Below are positions 28,876-38,172 of a DNA stretch of 64,000 nt, one piece after another. The position numbers were made by a program, and so were the translations under genes. Origin of the DNA: an uncultured Gammaproteobacteria bacterium (GTDB lineage: Bacteria > Actinomycetota > Acidimicrobiia > Acidimicrobiales > Aldehydirespiratoraceae); assembly GCA_964196195.1 (NCBI GenBank), contig CAXMSE010000027.1:20775-84774 (forward strand). The letters are read 5' to 3'. The first letter of the stretch is position 1, and the number at the start of each line of letters is the position of its first letter. A model generated the notes under the pieces. The model searched no databases. It saw nothing but the letters and a program-made list of their open reading frames with translations, and had not been told where the DNA came from.

Positions 28876-29319
28876 TCAGCGGGCCTGGTCGCGGGGGAGG
28901 CGTGCGGTGAGCTCGTCGATGTGTTGTAGGAGGCTTGCGATGTGCGCTTGTTGTTGCTCGATGAGACGCTCGGCGGTGTGGTGGTGGGCTGCCATCTCCA
29001 TCTCGTACTTCACGGTGAGAGCCTCCAGCGCCGCCAGCGCCTTTGATCTCTCACCCTCTTCGTCGTCTTCTGCTTCCTTCGGTGCCTCGGGTGTGTCGAG
29101 CTCGAGCTGGTCGGATGCGGTGCTCGGCTCCTCGGGCGTTGCCCCAGCGGGTGGATCAGAAGGGACACGCGGAGGTGGCGGGCCCGACTCGCCGTGCCCG
29201 TACTCGGGTTCTGGCCGGGGGGCCGACTCGATGCGGCGACGAGCCGTACGAACGTGATCGAGCGCGAGTTGGCGGCGACGTTCGCTGGTACTCAGCCTTG
29301 GCTGCTCGTCGTCGGCCAC
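28876..29319 (-). CDS. hypothetical acidic/coiled-coil protein
   Basis: GC3-rich ORF. Proline-rich centre and a C-terminal heptad-like helix (ALAALEALTVKYEMEMAAHHHTAERLIEQQQAHIASLLQHIDELTARL). Confidence 0.45.
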   Translation of the reverse strand: MADDEQPRLSTSERRRQLALDHVRTARRRIESAPRPEPEYGHGESGPPPPRVPSDPPAGATPEEPSTASDQLELDTPEAPKEAEDDEEGERSKALAALEALTVKYEMEMAAHHHTAERLIEQQQAHIASLLQHIDELTARLPRDQAR

Positions 29320-29379
29320 AAACCCAGATTAGGGCCTCTGATCGGTCTCCGTCGAGCGACCCTGGCTACGGTGGGCGAC

Positions 29380-30063
29380 ATGGACATTCAGCTTCGTCAC
29401 AATCCGTCGTTCTCAGTGGCCCGCGCGATCCTGGGACCCAACGAGAGCATCCGAGCCGAGTCGGGCGCGATGATGGCCATGGCGGCCGACATCGCCCTCG
29501 ACGCGAAGATCGAAGGGGGCTTGATGAAGGGCCTCAAGAGAAGTGTTCTCGGCGGCGAATCCCTGTTCATCACCAGTGCCACCGCTCCTGCCCACGGCGG
29601 TTGGATCGACTTCGCCCCATCGCTGCCCGGCGACGTCACCGTTGTCGACATCACCCCCGACCTGCCCCTGATGATCCAGAAGGGGTCCTTCCTCTGCGCC
29701 GAGAATGGCGTGGAGATCGACACCCAATGGGGTGGGATGAAAAACCTCGTGGGCGGCGAAGGCGGTTTCCTCCTGAAGGCTTCGGGCCAGGGCCAGGTCG
29801 TGCTTTCCACCTATGGGGCACTCGACCGTTTCGAGCTCCAAGCCGGCCAGCAGGTAATCGTCGACACAAACCACATGGTTGCCTTCGCCGAGAGCGTCAC
29901 CATGGAACTCAAGAAGGCGTCGGAGTCGGCGTGGAAGTCGATGAAGAGCGGCGAGGGGCTGGTGTTCGTGTTCAGCGGGCCCGGCGAGTTGATGATGCAA
30001 TCGCGTAATCCCGACGACATTGTCCGTTATGTGGCCGCCAACATGCCGGGCCAGCGCAACTGA
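29380..30063 (+). CDS. AIM24 / TIGR00266 (DUF124) family protein
   Basis: LGPNESIRAESGAMMAM..GGESLF..GSFLC..GGEGGFLLKASGQGQVVLSTYGA..VDTNHMVAF..SGEGLVFVFSGPGELMMQS is the typical AIM24 pattern. Confidence 0.85.
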   Translation: MDIQLRHNPSFSVARAILGPNESIRAESGAMMAMAADIALDAKIEGGLMKGLKRSVLGGESLFITSATAPAHGGWIDFAPSLPGDVTVVDITPDLPLMIQKGSFLCAENGVEIDTQWGGMKNLVGGEGGFLLKASGQGQVVLSTYGALDRFELQAGQQVIVDTNHMVAFAESVTMELKKASESAWKSMKSGEGLVFVFSGPGELMMQSRNPDDIVRYVAANMPGQRN

Positions 30064-30120
30064 GCGTTCGTCCGCCGCTTGTCGGCGGAAGCGGAGTCGG
30101 AGTCGAAGGGTTTCCAGCTG

Positions 30121-30786
30121 GTGTTGAGAGCCGCGCCCCTTGTTGTTGTCGTGGGCCTTTTGGCGTCGGCATGCTCGGCCGCATCCACCGAGCCGGCGGC
30201 CGGTCCCGCGGCGACGGCCGCACCGGCGTCGACGGTGTCGACTCCGCTGGAGGCGATCGTTCTTCCCCTCTCGTTGTACGTGGTGCACGACGCTGACGAT
30301 GCCGACGACTCGCCATGGTCGTCGCAGCGCGAAACGGCGAGACTCCTCGAGATCGCGGAGAGTATGGGTGATATCTGGGCTGACGCCGGAATCCGGTTCG
30401 AACCGGTCACCGCGGCCACGATCGAGGCGCCCACCGAGGCCTTGGTGGACCTTGCCAGCCTCGAGGCTCGAACCTTTCTCGGCGGCGCCGGCGTCGAGTT
30501 CGACGTACCCGATCCGGGTGTGCTCAACGGCTTTTATGTCGCCGATCTCGCCGGAGTGAACGGCTTTGCCCCCAACGGCACCAGGACCTTCTACGTGACC
30601 GATCGGCCGAGCGTGCACGACGAGCGGGTGTCGAGTCACGAGGTCGGGCACCTCCTGGGCCTTCACCATGTGCTCGACGACAGCGGCCGGCTCATGTTCG
30701 GCGGCACCAACGGGATGGCGTTGACCGATGATGAGATCACAGTGGCTCGCTACTTTGCCGACGGGATTCTCGATGCGGTTCGTTAG
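30121..30786 (+). CDS. metzincin-type zinc metalloprotease lipoprotein
   Basis: From the GTG at 30121 the signal reads LRAAPLVVVVGLLASAC. HEVGHLLGLHH fits HExxHxxGxxH, followed by a possible Met-turn (GRLMF). Confidence 0.7.
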   Translation: MLRAAPLVVVVGLLASACSAASTEPAAGPAATAAPASTVSTPLEAIVLPLSLYVVHDADDADDSPWSSQRETARLLEIAESMGDIWADAGIRFEPVTAATIEAPTEALVDLASLEARTFLGGAGVEFDVPDPGVLNGFYVADLAGVNGFAPNGTRTFYVTDRPSVHDERVSSHEVGHLLGLHHVLDDSGRLMFGGTNGMALTDDEITVARYFADGILDAVR

Positions 30787-31417
30787 AGCAGGATCGTTCG
30801 CGATCGCTGTCGCTCTGGTTGGTGCGGCGTGCTCATCTGGAGGCGGCGACGGTTCGGATTCGGTCGACGACGGCGTGCCTGTCGTCTCGTCCGACGACTT
30901 GGTGGTGGTCGAGAACCAGGGAGGCTCCCTCGAGGGTCACACGCCTCGTGGTTTCGCCGGGATGGGTACGGGATTGTTCGTCGGTGACAACCTCAACCCG
31001 GGATTCCCGGACGGCGACGGAGTGCAGCTCTTCCTCACGTTCGATCTTCCCGACATGTCGGCCTCCGCCGATCGCGTGATCCTGAGGTCCGATTCGCTCC
31101 AAGTGCAGGGAGATCCTTTTGCCGATCTCGGCGTTCTGAGCGCGACACTTGTCAGTTACACCGAATTCGGGCCCCACCTCTTCGACTTGGAGCCCAATGG
31201 CGAAGCGATCGCGTGTGAGCGGGTGGGTGACTCCTCGATCGAGTGCGATGTCAGCTCGACTCTCTCCTCACTCGCGGGGGCGAATGCGGATAGAGCCCAG
31301 TTTCGTCTCCGGTTCGATCAGGCCGGCGACAGCGACGGCACCGCCGATCTTGCGATGTTCAACCGGGGCGACTCCAACACCAACGAGGCCGGAATCTTCA
31401 GGCTCGAGTTCGGCTGA
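30773..31417 (+). CDS. predicted secreted/lipoprotein, unknown function
   Basis: MRFVRAGSFAIAVALVGAAC-SSGG signal. The start overlaps the upstream protease stop by 14 nt. Confidence 0.6.
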   Translation: MRFVRAGSFAIAVALVGAACSSGGGDGSDSVDDGVPVVSSDDLVVVENQGGSLEGHTPRGFAGMGTGLFVGDNLNPGFPDGDGVQLFLTFDLPDMSASADRVILRSDSLQVQGDPFADLGVLSATLVSYTEFGPHLFDLEPNGEAIACERVGDSSIECDVSSTLSSLAGANADRAQFRLRFDQAGDSDGTADLAMFNRGDSNTNEAGIFRLEFG

Positions 31418-32702
31418 GTTCGGGACGGGCCGGGGGGAGGGTTTCGTACATCCTCAGGATCACCACGAGGCCGGAGAGGGCGGTGAGCGCGGCGACGGCA
31501 TAGATGGCGGCCCGGATCGAGATCAGGTCGGCCATGATTCCGGCGAAGACGGCACCCACCGCGAACCCGAGATCGCGCCAGAGGCGGTAGACGCCCACCG
31601 CTCGGGCCCTCCAGCTCGGGTGGGCGACATCGCCGATGGCCGCGAGCAGGGTGGGATAGACCATAGCGGTTCCGGCGCCAAGGGTTGCTGCTCCCAGGGC
31701 CCAGGGCCAGAACCCCTCCGCGGTGGCCATGATGACGAGAGCACCCGCCTGCACGATCATCCCGCTGCTGATGAGTGGCTTACGGCCGATCCGGTCTGAA
31801 AGGCCCCCGGTGTAGAGCTGGCCGAGTCCCCATATTGCGGGGTAGAGCGCGGCCAGGATACCGATGCGGGCGATGCTGAGGCCCTGGTCGGCGAAGTAGA
31901 TCGGGAAGAGGCCCCAGGCGAGTCCGTCGTTGAGGTTGTTGACGAGGCCGGCCTGCGAGCACGAGGAGAGGGCCCGTTCGCGAAAGCTGGTGATGGCGAA
32001 TACCTCGCCGGTGGTGAGCTCGTCGGGCTGGCTGTTGTGGTCGGTGGCTTCGGCGCGGAGCAGCCTGGTTTCCTCGTGCGCATGGTGATGGGTCTCGCGC
32101 ACGAACAGCACAGAAAGACCGAGCCCGAGGCCGGCGAAGGCGAGGCCGAGGAAGAAGGGCTCTGGCCTGAGCCCCCAGCGGTCGGCGATGAAGCCGGTGG
32201 CGAGTGCGGTGACGGCCACCGCTCCGTAGCCGGCTGCCTCATTGAGCCCCATGGCAAGGCCGCGACGCTGGGGACCGGCGAGGTCGATCTTCATGATCAC
32301 CGTGGTCGACCAGGTGAGTCCCTGGTTGATCCCGAGTACGACGTTGGCGGCGATCACCCAGCCCCATGTGGGTGCCCATATCAACATCAGGGGTACGGGG
32401 ACTCCTATGAGCCATCCGGCTATCAGCACAGGCCTGCGGCCGAAACGATCCGAGAGGGTTCCCGCCACGAAGTTGGTGCCTGCCTTAACGATGCCGAACG
32501 CGGCGATGAAGGTGAGCGTGGCACTGAGGGCGCTGACGCCGAACTCCGCCTCCGCCAGCAAGGGTAGGACGGTGCGTTCCTGGCCGATCATTCCCCCCAC
32601 GAGGGCGTTCACGCCGACGAGAAGTGAGAACTGGGCGAGGTTCTGGTTCAGGCCGAGGCGAGGCCCTTCAACGGGGTCGGTCGACCCCGAGGGTTCAGGC
32701 AT
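31398..32702 (-). CDS. MFS transporter
   Basis: Has the GTLSDRFGRRPVLIAG (MFS motif A) and GGLSDRIGRKP repeats. About 12 TM helices. Confidence 0.88.
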   Translation of the reverse strand: MPEPSGSTDPVEGPRLGLNQNLAQFSLLVGVNALVGGMIGQERTVLPLLAEAEFGVSALSATLTFIAAFGIVKAGTNFVAGTLSDRFGRRPVLIAGWLIGVPVPLMLIWAPTWGWVIAANVVLGINQGLTWSTTVIMKIDLAGPQRRGLAMGLNEAAGYGAVAVTALATGFIADRWGLRPEPFFLGLAFAGLGLGLSVLFVRETHHHAHEETRLLRAEATDHNSQPDELTTGEVFAITSFRERALSSCSQAGLVNNLNDGLAWGLFPIYFADQGLSIARIGILAALYPAIWGLGQLYTGGLSDRIGRKPLISSGMIVQAGALVIMATAEGFWPWALGAATLGAGTAMVYPTLLAAIGDVAHPSWRARAVGVYRLWRDLGFAVGAVFAGIMADLISIRAAIYAVAALTALSGLVVILRMYETLPPARPELSRTRA

Positions 32703-33291
32703 TCGGAAGGATCAGTCGGCACCGGGTGCTGCGATCGGCGCCGAAGAGGAGGACGAACATCATCGAGGGTACGCAGAGTCCGGTGATGGCTACGAACGTG
32801 GCCAGAGATCCGAGGGTGACGAGCAGCACGGTGGCGAGGGTTCCGAGACCGACGCTCCATGCGATGGCGGCGCCGCCGAGGAAGGCCGAGCCAATCGCGC
32901 AGCCCAGCCGCTTTGCGGCCCGGTTGGCCGGCATGGCCTGGCGACCGGATCGGCGGGCGATGGCGTTGTAGAACATTTCGAACGGGTGGTTGCGGGCCAC
33001 GGTACCTATGAGTGCGGTGGAGAGGGTAGCGAGCACGAGGGCCATGGATCCGGTGAGGGCCGCGATGAGGCTGAGGGTGCCACACGCTGCGGGTGCGAGC
33101 TTGTGGGCGAAGGCCGCGGTGCGGGCCGATTCGTCGAGCTTGTCGCCGCGCCAACCCTGGAGCTGCAGCAGGTTTGTGCTGCGGTCGTGAGCCGGGTCGG
33201 TGAGCACATCCTTGAGCGAAGCGAGGTTGTTGCTGGGCGCAGGGTCGGTATCGACCGGGGCGGGATCGGCGGGGTGGGTGTGGGTTGTCAT
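32695..33291 (-). CDS. DUF4395-like membrane protein
   Basis: About 4 TM helices with an ARTAAFAHKLAPAACG..NHPFEMFYN pattern that I recall from DUF4395. It overlaps the MFS start by 8 nt, suggesting an operon. Confidence 0.55.
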   Translation of the reverse strand: MTTHTHPADPAPVDTDPAPSNNLASLKDVLTDPAHDRSTNLLQLQGWRGDKLDESARTAAFAHKLAPAACGTLSLIAALTGSMALVLATLSTALIGTVARNHPFEMFYNAIARRSGRQAMPANRAAKRLGCAIGSAFLGGAAIAWSVGLGTLATVLLVTLGSLATFVAITGLCVPSMMFVLLFGADRSTRCRLILPNA

Positions 33292-33312
33292 CGGTTTTCC
33301 TCAAGTAAATAT

Positions 33313-33359
33313 TTGACAAAGAACGGCTTGATCTTGTTGGAACGATCAAGCCTTGTCAA
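33313..33359. promoter_or_regulatory. nested inverted repeat, candidate ArsR-family operator in a divergent promoter region
   Basis: TTGACAA-agaac-GGCTTGATC-ttgttggaac-GATCAAGCC-TTGTCAA. The 9-bp inner arms and 7-bp outer arms are both perfect, in an AT-rich gap. Confidence 0.45.
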
Positions 33360-33395
33360 GTAGTTCCTTGAATATCTTTGCTAGGGTCGGTTTCC

Positions 33396-34055
33396 ATGGG
33401 AGATCGAGCCGCCAAGAACGCACTGTTTGATGGATTCTCCGAGGTCGCCAAGGCCCTCGGTAACGGGCGTCGGGCGGAGCTGGTGGATGTGTTGGCCCAA
33501 GGAGAGCGCAATGTCGACGATCTCGCCACCGAGATCTCCCAGAGTCTGGCCAACACCTCGTTTCATCTGCGGACCCTCGCCCAGTCGGGGCTGGTGGCCA
33601 CCCGCCGCGAAGGCACCCGGGTGTACTACCGGCTCGCGTCGGCCCGGGTGGGAGAGCTGTGGGCGGCGATGCGCGACGTTGCCGCCTCCCACATCGCTGA
33701 GCTCGACGTGCTCGCGGAGGCCTACCTCGGAGATCGTTCTCAGCTGGAGACGATCGACCAGGATGAGCTCGCCCAACGCATCGACGACGGAAGCGTGGTG
33801 GTCATCGACGTGCGCAACTCCACCGAGTACGCCGCGGGCCACATCAGGGGCGCCCAGTCGATTCCGATCGACGAGTTGGCCGACCGGGTGGATGAATTGC
33901 CCGACGATGTGGAGATCGTGGCCTACTGCCGAGGCCCCTACTGCGTCTTTGCCGACGATGCCGTCCGCCTGCTCGCCGACCATGATCGCGGTGCCCTGCG
34001 CCTGGTTGGCGGATTCCCCGAGTGGCAGGCCGACGAGAGGCCCACCAGCGCCTGA
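33396..34055 (+). CDS. ArsR/SmtB family transcriptional regulator fused to a rhodanese domain
   Basis: The wHTH reads GNGRRAELVDVLAQGERNVDDLATEISQSLANTSFHLRTLAQSGLV. The C-terminal rhodanese reads VIDVRNSTEYAAGHIRGAQSIP with the active-site loop YCRGPYC. Confidence 0.85.
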   Translation: MGDRAAKNALFDGFSEVAKALGNGRRAELVDVLAQGERNVDDLATEISQSLANTSFHLRTLAQSGLVATRREGTRVYYRLASARVGELWAAMRDVAASHIAELDVLAEAYLGDRSQLETIDQDELAQRIDDGSVVVIDVRNSTEYAAGHIRGAQSIPIDELADRVDELPDDVEIVAYCRGPYCVFADDAVRLLADHDRGALRLVGGFPEWQADERPTSA

Positions 34056-34058
34056 GGG

Positions 34059-37000
34059 TCAGCGCACAGCCAGCGAGAAGTTCAGCACCTGATTGTCGAC
34101 TCTTGCTTCGTGCACGCGGCGCTGGTCGGCGCCCGCGCCATCGCCGATCGTGATGCTGGTGGCAAGGACCTGTTCGGCGATGTAGGCCTCATGGTGGGTG
34201 ATCGCTGCAGCGACCTTGTCGGTCGGCGAATCGATCCACACCTTGATGCGATCGGTCACCACGAGGTCCTCGGCCTTACGGGCGTTCTGAATCTCACGCA
34301 CGAGGTCGCGGGCGAGCCCCTCGGCAGCCAGTTCGTCGGTGACATCGGTGTCGAGGGTGACCACGGCATCGTTGGAACGCAGTGCTGCCGCCACCACCCC
34401 TTCGGGCGACTCCAGAGCCAGCTCATATTCGTCGGCGGCGAGCACGTGACCCGCCACGGTGACGGTGCCGTCGTCGTTGGCGGTCCAGTCGCCACTGCGG
34501 GCCGCGCCGAACACGGCCTGTACGTCCTTGCCGAGGCGCGGGCCGAGGGCCTTGCCGTCGGGTCGGAGGATGAAGGTGGCCAGGTCGCCGATGTCCTCGG
34601 TGACCTCCACCGTCTTCACGTTGAGTTCGTCGGCGAGAAGGTCGGCGAAGGGCGCGAGCGTCGACGCGTCGTGTCCGGCCACCGTTACCGAGGCCAGGGG
34701 GAGTCGGACCCTCAGACCCTGGTCTTCGCGGAGGCGCAAGCCCGTGGAAGCGACGTCGCGCAGGCGATCCATCGCCGCGACGAGAACGTCGTCGTCGGGA
34801 TATGAATCGAGTGAGGGCCAGTCGGTGAGGTGAACCGACTCGGGTTGGCCCGCGTCGGGGCTGGTGAGCCCCGCCCAGATCTCCTCGGTGATCATCGGAA
34901 GGAATGGTGCCGCCACCTGGAGGAGGGAGACCAGCACGGTGTAGAGGGTGTCGAGACCCGCCTCGTCGGCATGGCCGCTCTCGGTGCCCCAGAAGCGTCC
35001 GCGGCTGCGGCGGATGTACCAGTTGTTGAGGGCATCGATGAAGCTCTGGATCTCGGCCGCCGCGCCCGGTAGGTCGTAGGAATCCATACGACCCTCGACC
35101 GACGCGATGAGCGCACGCGTCTTCGCCAGGATGTAGCGGTCGAGAAGCTCGGTGGAGTCGGTTCGGAACGTAGCCGTGTGGCCCTCGACGTTGGCGTAGA
35201 GGGTGAAGAACGAATAGGCGTTCCAGATGGGCAGGATCACCTGGCGCACACCGTCGTCGATGCCCTGGTCGGAGATCCGCATATCGCCACCGCGCACGAT
35301 GTTGGCGCTCATGAAATACCAGCGCAGGGCGTCGGATCCCTGGCGGTTGAAGATCAGCTCCGGTTCGGTGTAGTTGCGAAGCTTCTTCGACAGCTTGGTG
35401 CCGTCCTCGGCATTGAGGATCCCGTGAACGATGACGTTTTGGAATGCGGGACGGTCGAACAGGGCGCCGGCCAGTACGTGGAGTGTGTAGAACCAGCCCC
35501 TCGACTGGTTGATGTATTCGACGATGAAGTCGGCTGGGAAATGCTCGTCGAACCAGTCCTTGTTTTCGAACGGGTAGTGCACCTGGGCGAAGGGCATCGA
35601 GCCCGACTCGAACCAGCAGTCGAGTACCTCGGGTACGCGCCTCATCATCGACTGGCCGGTGGGGTCGTCGGGGTTGGGCCGGACCAGTTCGTCGATGAAA
35701 GGCCGATGGAGGTTGGTGGGTCGGTGCCCGAAGGCCTCTTCCAACTCGTCGATTGAGCCGTACACCTCGGTACGTGGGTAGTCGGGGTTGTCGCTGATCC
35801 AGACCGGGATGGGCGAGCCCCAGAAGCGGTTGCGAGAGATCGACCAGTCGCGCGCTCCTTCGAGCCACATGCCGAAACGACCGTCGCGAATGTGCTCGGG
35901 CACCCAGTTGATCTCCTGGTTGGTTTCCAGGAGGCGGTCGCGGAAGTCGGTGACCTTCACGTACCAGGAAGGCATCGCCTTGTAGATGATCGGCGTGTCG
36001 GTGCGCCAACAGTGGGGGTAGTTGTGGGTGATGCTGTCGTGGCGGACGAGCTGACCCGTTTCTCGTAGGTGCTTGATGATGCTGGAGTTGGCCTCGAACA
36101 CGTTCTGGCCGGCCCACTCCACCACATCGTCGGTGAAACGGCCGGAGTCGTCGACCGGAACGACCATGCCGATCCCCGCCTCTTCGCCGAGGCGCTGATC
36201 GTCCTCACCGAAACCAGGGGCCATGTGGACCACGCCAGTGCCTTCGGTGGTGTCGACGAAGTCGGCGCCAAGCACGACGAAAGACCGGTTGATGCCGTGG
36301 TGGGCGTTGTCGGGGTCGACCTCCGCCATGTCGGCGAAGTAGGGGAACAGGGGCTGGTAGGTGCGGCCCACGAGGTCGTGGCCCTTGACGGTGCCGACCC
36401 TCTCGGCATCCTCGAGTTGTTTGGCGTATTTCTCGAGCACTTCCTCGCCGAGGATGTAGCGGGTGCCATCGGCATCGAGCATGACCGCGTAGTCGATATC
36501 GGGGCCCACCGCGAGAGCGAGGTTGGAGGGGAGGGTCCACGGTGTGGTGGTCCAGGCAAGAATCGCGACCTTGCCGTCGTTGCCCTCGTCGGTGGGGATG
36601 CCGGCGCTGCTGTCGAGCTCGAACGCCACCGTGACAGCAGGGTCTTGGCGGGGTCGGGTGGCATCGTCGAGACGGATCTCGTGGTTGGACAAGGGGGTCT
36701 CGGCTCCCCAGCTGTAGGGCAGCACCCGGTTGGCCTGATAGATCAGGCCCTTGTCCCAGAGCTGCTTGAACGCCCACATCACCGACTCCATGTAGTCGAC
36801 GTCTAGGGTCTTGTAATCGTTTTCGAAGTCGACCCAGCGGGCCTGACGGGTAACCGTCTTCTCCCACTCCTTGGTGTATCTGAGAACCGAGGTGCGGCAG
36901 TGGTCGTTGAAGCGCTCGATGCCGTATTCGATGATCGATGCCCGCCCCGACACCGGTAGTTCCTTCTCGGCTTCCATCTCTGCGGGCAGGCCGTGGCAGT

Positions 37001-37286
37001 CCCAGCCGAAGCGCCGTTCGACCCGCTTGCCCTTCATCGTCTGGTAGCGGGGGACGACATCCTTCACGTAGCCGGTGAGGAGGTGGCCGTGGTGGGGAAG
37101 GCCGTTGGCGAACGGGGGGCCGTCGTAGAAGACGTATTCGTCGGACTCGGGGCGCTGCTCGACCGAGGTCTCGAATGTTTTCCGGGCCTCCCAGCCCGCG
37201 AGAATACGCCGTTCGATGGCCGGAAGGTCTGGGCTTTCCACGTGCGGATAGGGCGCGGTGTTCCCGTCGGGGGAGGCGTCACTCAT
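34059..37286 (-). CDS. ileS: isoleucine--tRNA ligase
   Basis: PPFANGLPHHGHLLTGY (HIGH region), KLSKKLRNY (KMSKS region) and the CP1 editing domain. 1075 aa from the ATG at 37286. Confidence 0.95.
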   Translation of the reverse strand: MSDASPDGNTAPYPHVESPDLPAIERRILAGWEARKTFETSVEQRPESDEYVFYDGPPFANGLPHHGHLLTGYVKDVVPRYQTMKGKRVERRFGWDCHGLPAEMEAEKELPVSGRASIIEYGIERFNDHCRTSVLRYTKEWEKTVTRQARWVDFENDYKTLDVDYMESVMWAFKQLWDKGLIYQANRVLPYSWGAETPLSNHEIRLDDATRPRQDPAVTVAFELDSSAGIPTDEGNDGKVAILAWTTTPWTLPSNLALAVGPDIDYAVMLDADGTRYILGEEVLEKYAKQLEDAERVGTVKGHDLVGRTYQPLFPYFADMAEVDPDNAHHGINRSFVVLGADFVDTTEGTGVVHMAPGFGEDDQRLGEEAGIGMVVPVDDSGRFTDDVVEWAGQNVFEANSSIIKHLRETGQLVRHDSITHNYPHCWRTDTPIIYKAMPSWYVKVTDFRDRLLETNQEINWVPEHIRDGRFGMWLEGARDWSISRNRFWGSPIPVWISDNPDYPRTEVYGSIDELEEAFGHRPTNLHRPFIDELVRPNPDDPTGQSMMRRVPEVLDCWFESGSMPFAQVHYPFENKDWFDEHFPADFIVEYINQSRGWFYTLHVLAGALFDRPAFQNVIVHGILNAEDGTKLSKKLRNYTEPELIFNRQGSDALRWYFMSANIVRGGDMRISDQGIDDGVRQVILPIWNAYSFFTLYANVEGHTATFRTDSTELLDRYILAKTRALIASVEGRMDSYDLPGAAAEIQSFIDALNNWYIRRSRGRFWGTESGHADEAGLDTLYTVLVSLLQVAAPFLPMITEEIWAGLTSPDAGQPESVHLTDWPSLDSYPDDDVLVAAMDRLRDVASTGLRLREDQGLRVRLPLASVTVAGHDASTLAPFADLLADELNVKTVEVTEDIGDLATFILRPDGKALGPRLGKDVQAVFGAARSGDWTANDDGTVTVAGHVLAADEYELALESPEGVVAAALRSNDAVVTLDTDVTDELAAEGLARDLVREIQNARKAEDLVVTDRIKVWIDSPTDKVAAAITHHEAYIAEQVLATSITIGDGAGADQRRVHEARVDNQVLNFSLAVR

Positions 37287-37499
37287 GGGCGACAAGGCTA
37301 GCGGTGCAGCGAGAAGGGCCATTGCGGGTTCCCGTCGAGAATGCTGAGGCCACACCGCGGCGGATGGGTCGCAAGACCCATGTTTTGGTCAACCTCGAGC
37401 ATGGTTGGGCCGATGTAGAGACAGGTAGGACCGCAGAGGGTGGTGAAATCGGGCAGTATGGTGACCGCGCGGGCTTTGAGCCGAATCGGGAATTCTGGA

Positions 37500-38141
37500 A
37501 TGGGAATGGCAGGCACGAGCAAGAGAGACGCGCGCGAGCCCGGCCTCAGCCGTTCACCGGCGACTGTGCCCGAATCGGTCATCGACCGAGCCCGCAACGG
37601 GGATCAGGGCGCCTTCGATGTTGTGTTTGCCACCTATCAGCCCTCCCTCACCCGGTATCTGCGCACGGTCGCTCGAGGTGGTGCCGACGATGTGGCTGCC
37701 GCCACCTGGGAGTCGGTGGCCAAGTCGCTTCATCGTTTCAGGGGCGATGGAACAGACTTCCGGCGCTGGCTGTTCACCATCGCTCGTCGTCGACTCGTCG
37801 ACGAGGTGCGGCGCGCTTCGCGCCGGCCACTCCATGTCGCGGGGATCGATGAGGTCGAAGGTCGTGAGGTTGATGCTGTTCCCGGCGCCGACACCTTCCT
37901 CGACGTGCCCGATTGGGCCGCTGGCGTGCTCGCGCTGATACCCACTCGCCAGGCCGAAGTCGTGGCTTTGCGAGTTCTCGGTGGGCTCCCAGTTGCGGAA
38001 GTGGCCGAGCTCCTGGGGATCACCGAAGCCAACGTGAGGGTGCTCAGCCATCGCGGCCTCCAAGCCGTGCAGCAGATCCTGCACGACTCACCCGAGCTAC
38101 TCACCGAGCCCCGAGATCCACAAATCTCGTCGGTCGTGTAA
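37500..38141 (+). CDS. ECF-type RNA polymerase sigma-70 family factor
   Basis: Region 2 (FDVVFATYQPSLTRYL..DDVAAATWESV..FRRWLFTIARRRLVDE) and region 4 (PTRQAEVVALRVLGGLPVAEVAELLGITEANVRVLSHRGL). The start is ATG 37500, ATG 37506 or an earlier GTG. Confidence 0.85.
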   Translation: MGMAGTSKRDAREPGLSRSPATVPESVIDRARNGDQGAFDVVFATYQPSLTRYLRTVARGGADDVAAATWESVAKSLHRFRGDGTDFRRWLFTIARRRLVDEVRRASRRPLHVAGIDEVEGREVDAVPGADTFLDVPDWAAGVLALIPTRQAEVVALRVLGGLPVAEVAELLGITEANVRVLSHRGLQAVQQILHDSPELLTEPRDPQISSVV

Positions 38142-38172
38142 CGCCCATGGCCTCACCAGCGATCTGTAACAC

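Noticed and set aside
37287-37499. Possible T-box riboswitch leader upstream of ileS, as is common in Actinobacteria.
   Set aside because: On the ileS (minus) strand I find no GGUGGUACCGCG-like T-box sequence and no clear specifier loop with AUC. There is only a 7-bp hairpin, ATGGGTC-TTGC-GACCCAT. A TGGTGACCGCG string exists, but on the opposite strand facing the sigma-factor gene, where a T-box makes no sense. A covariance-model search (Rfam T-box) would be decisive.
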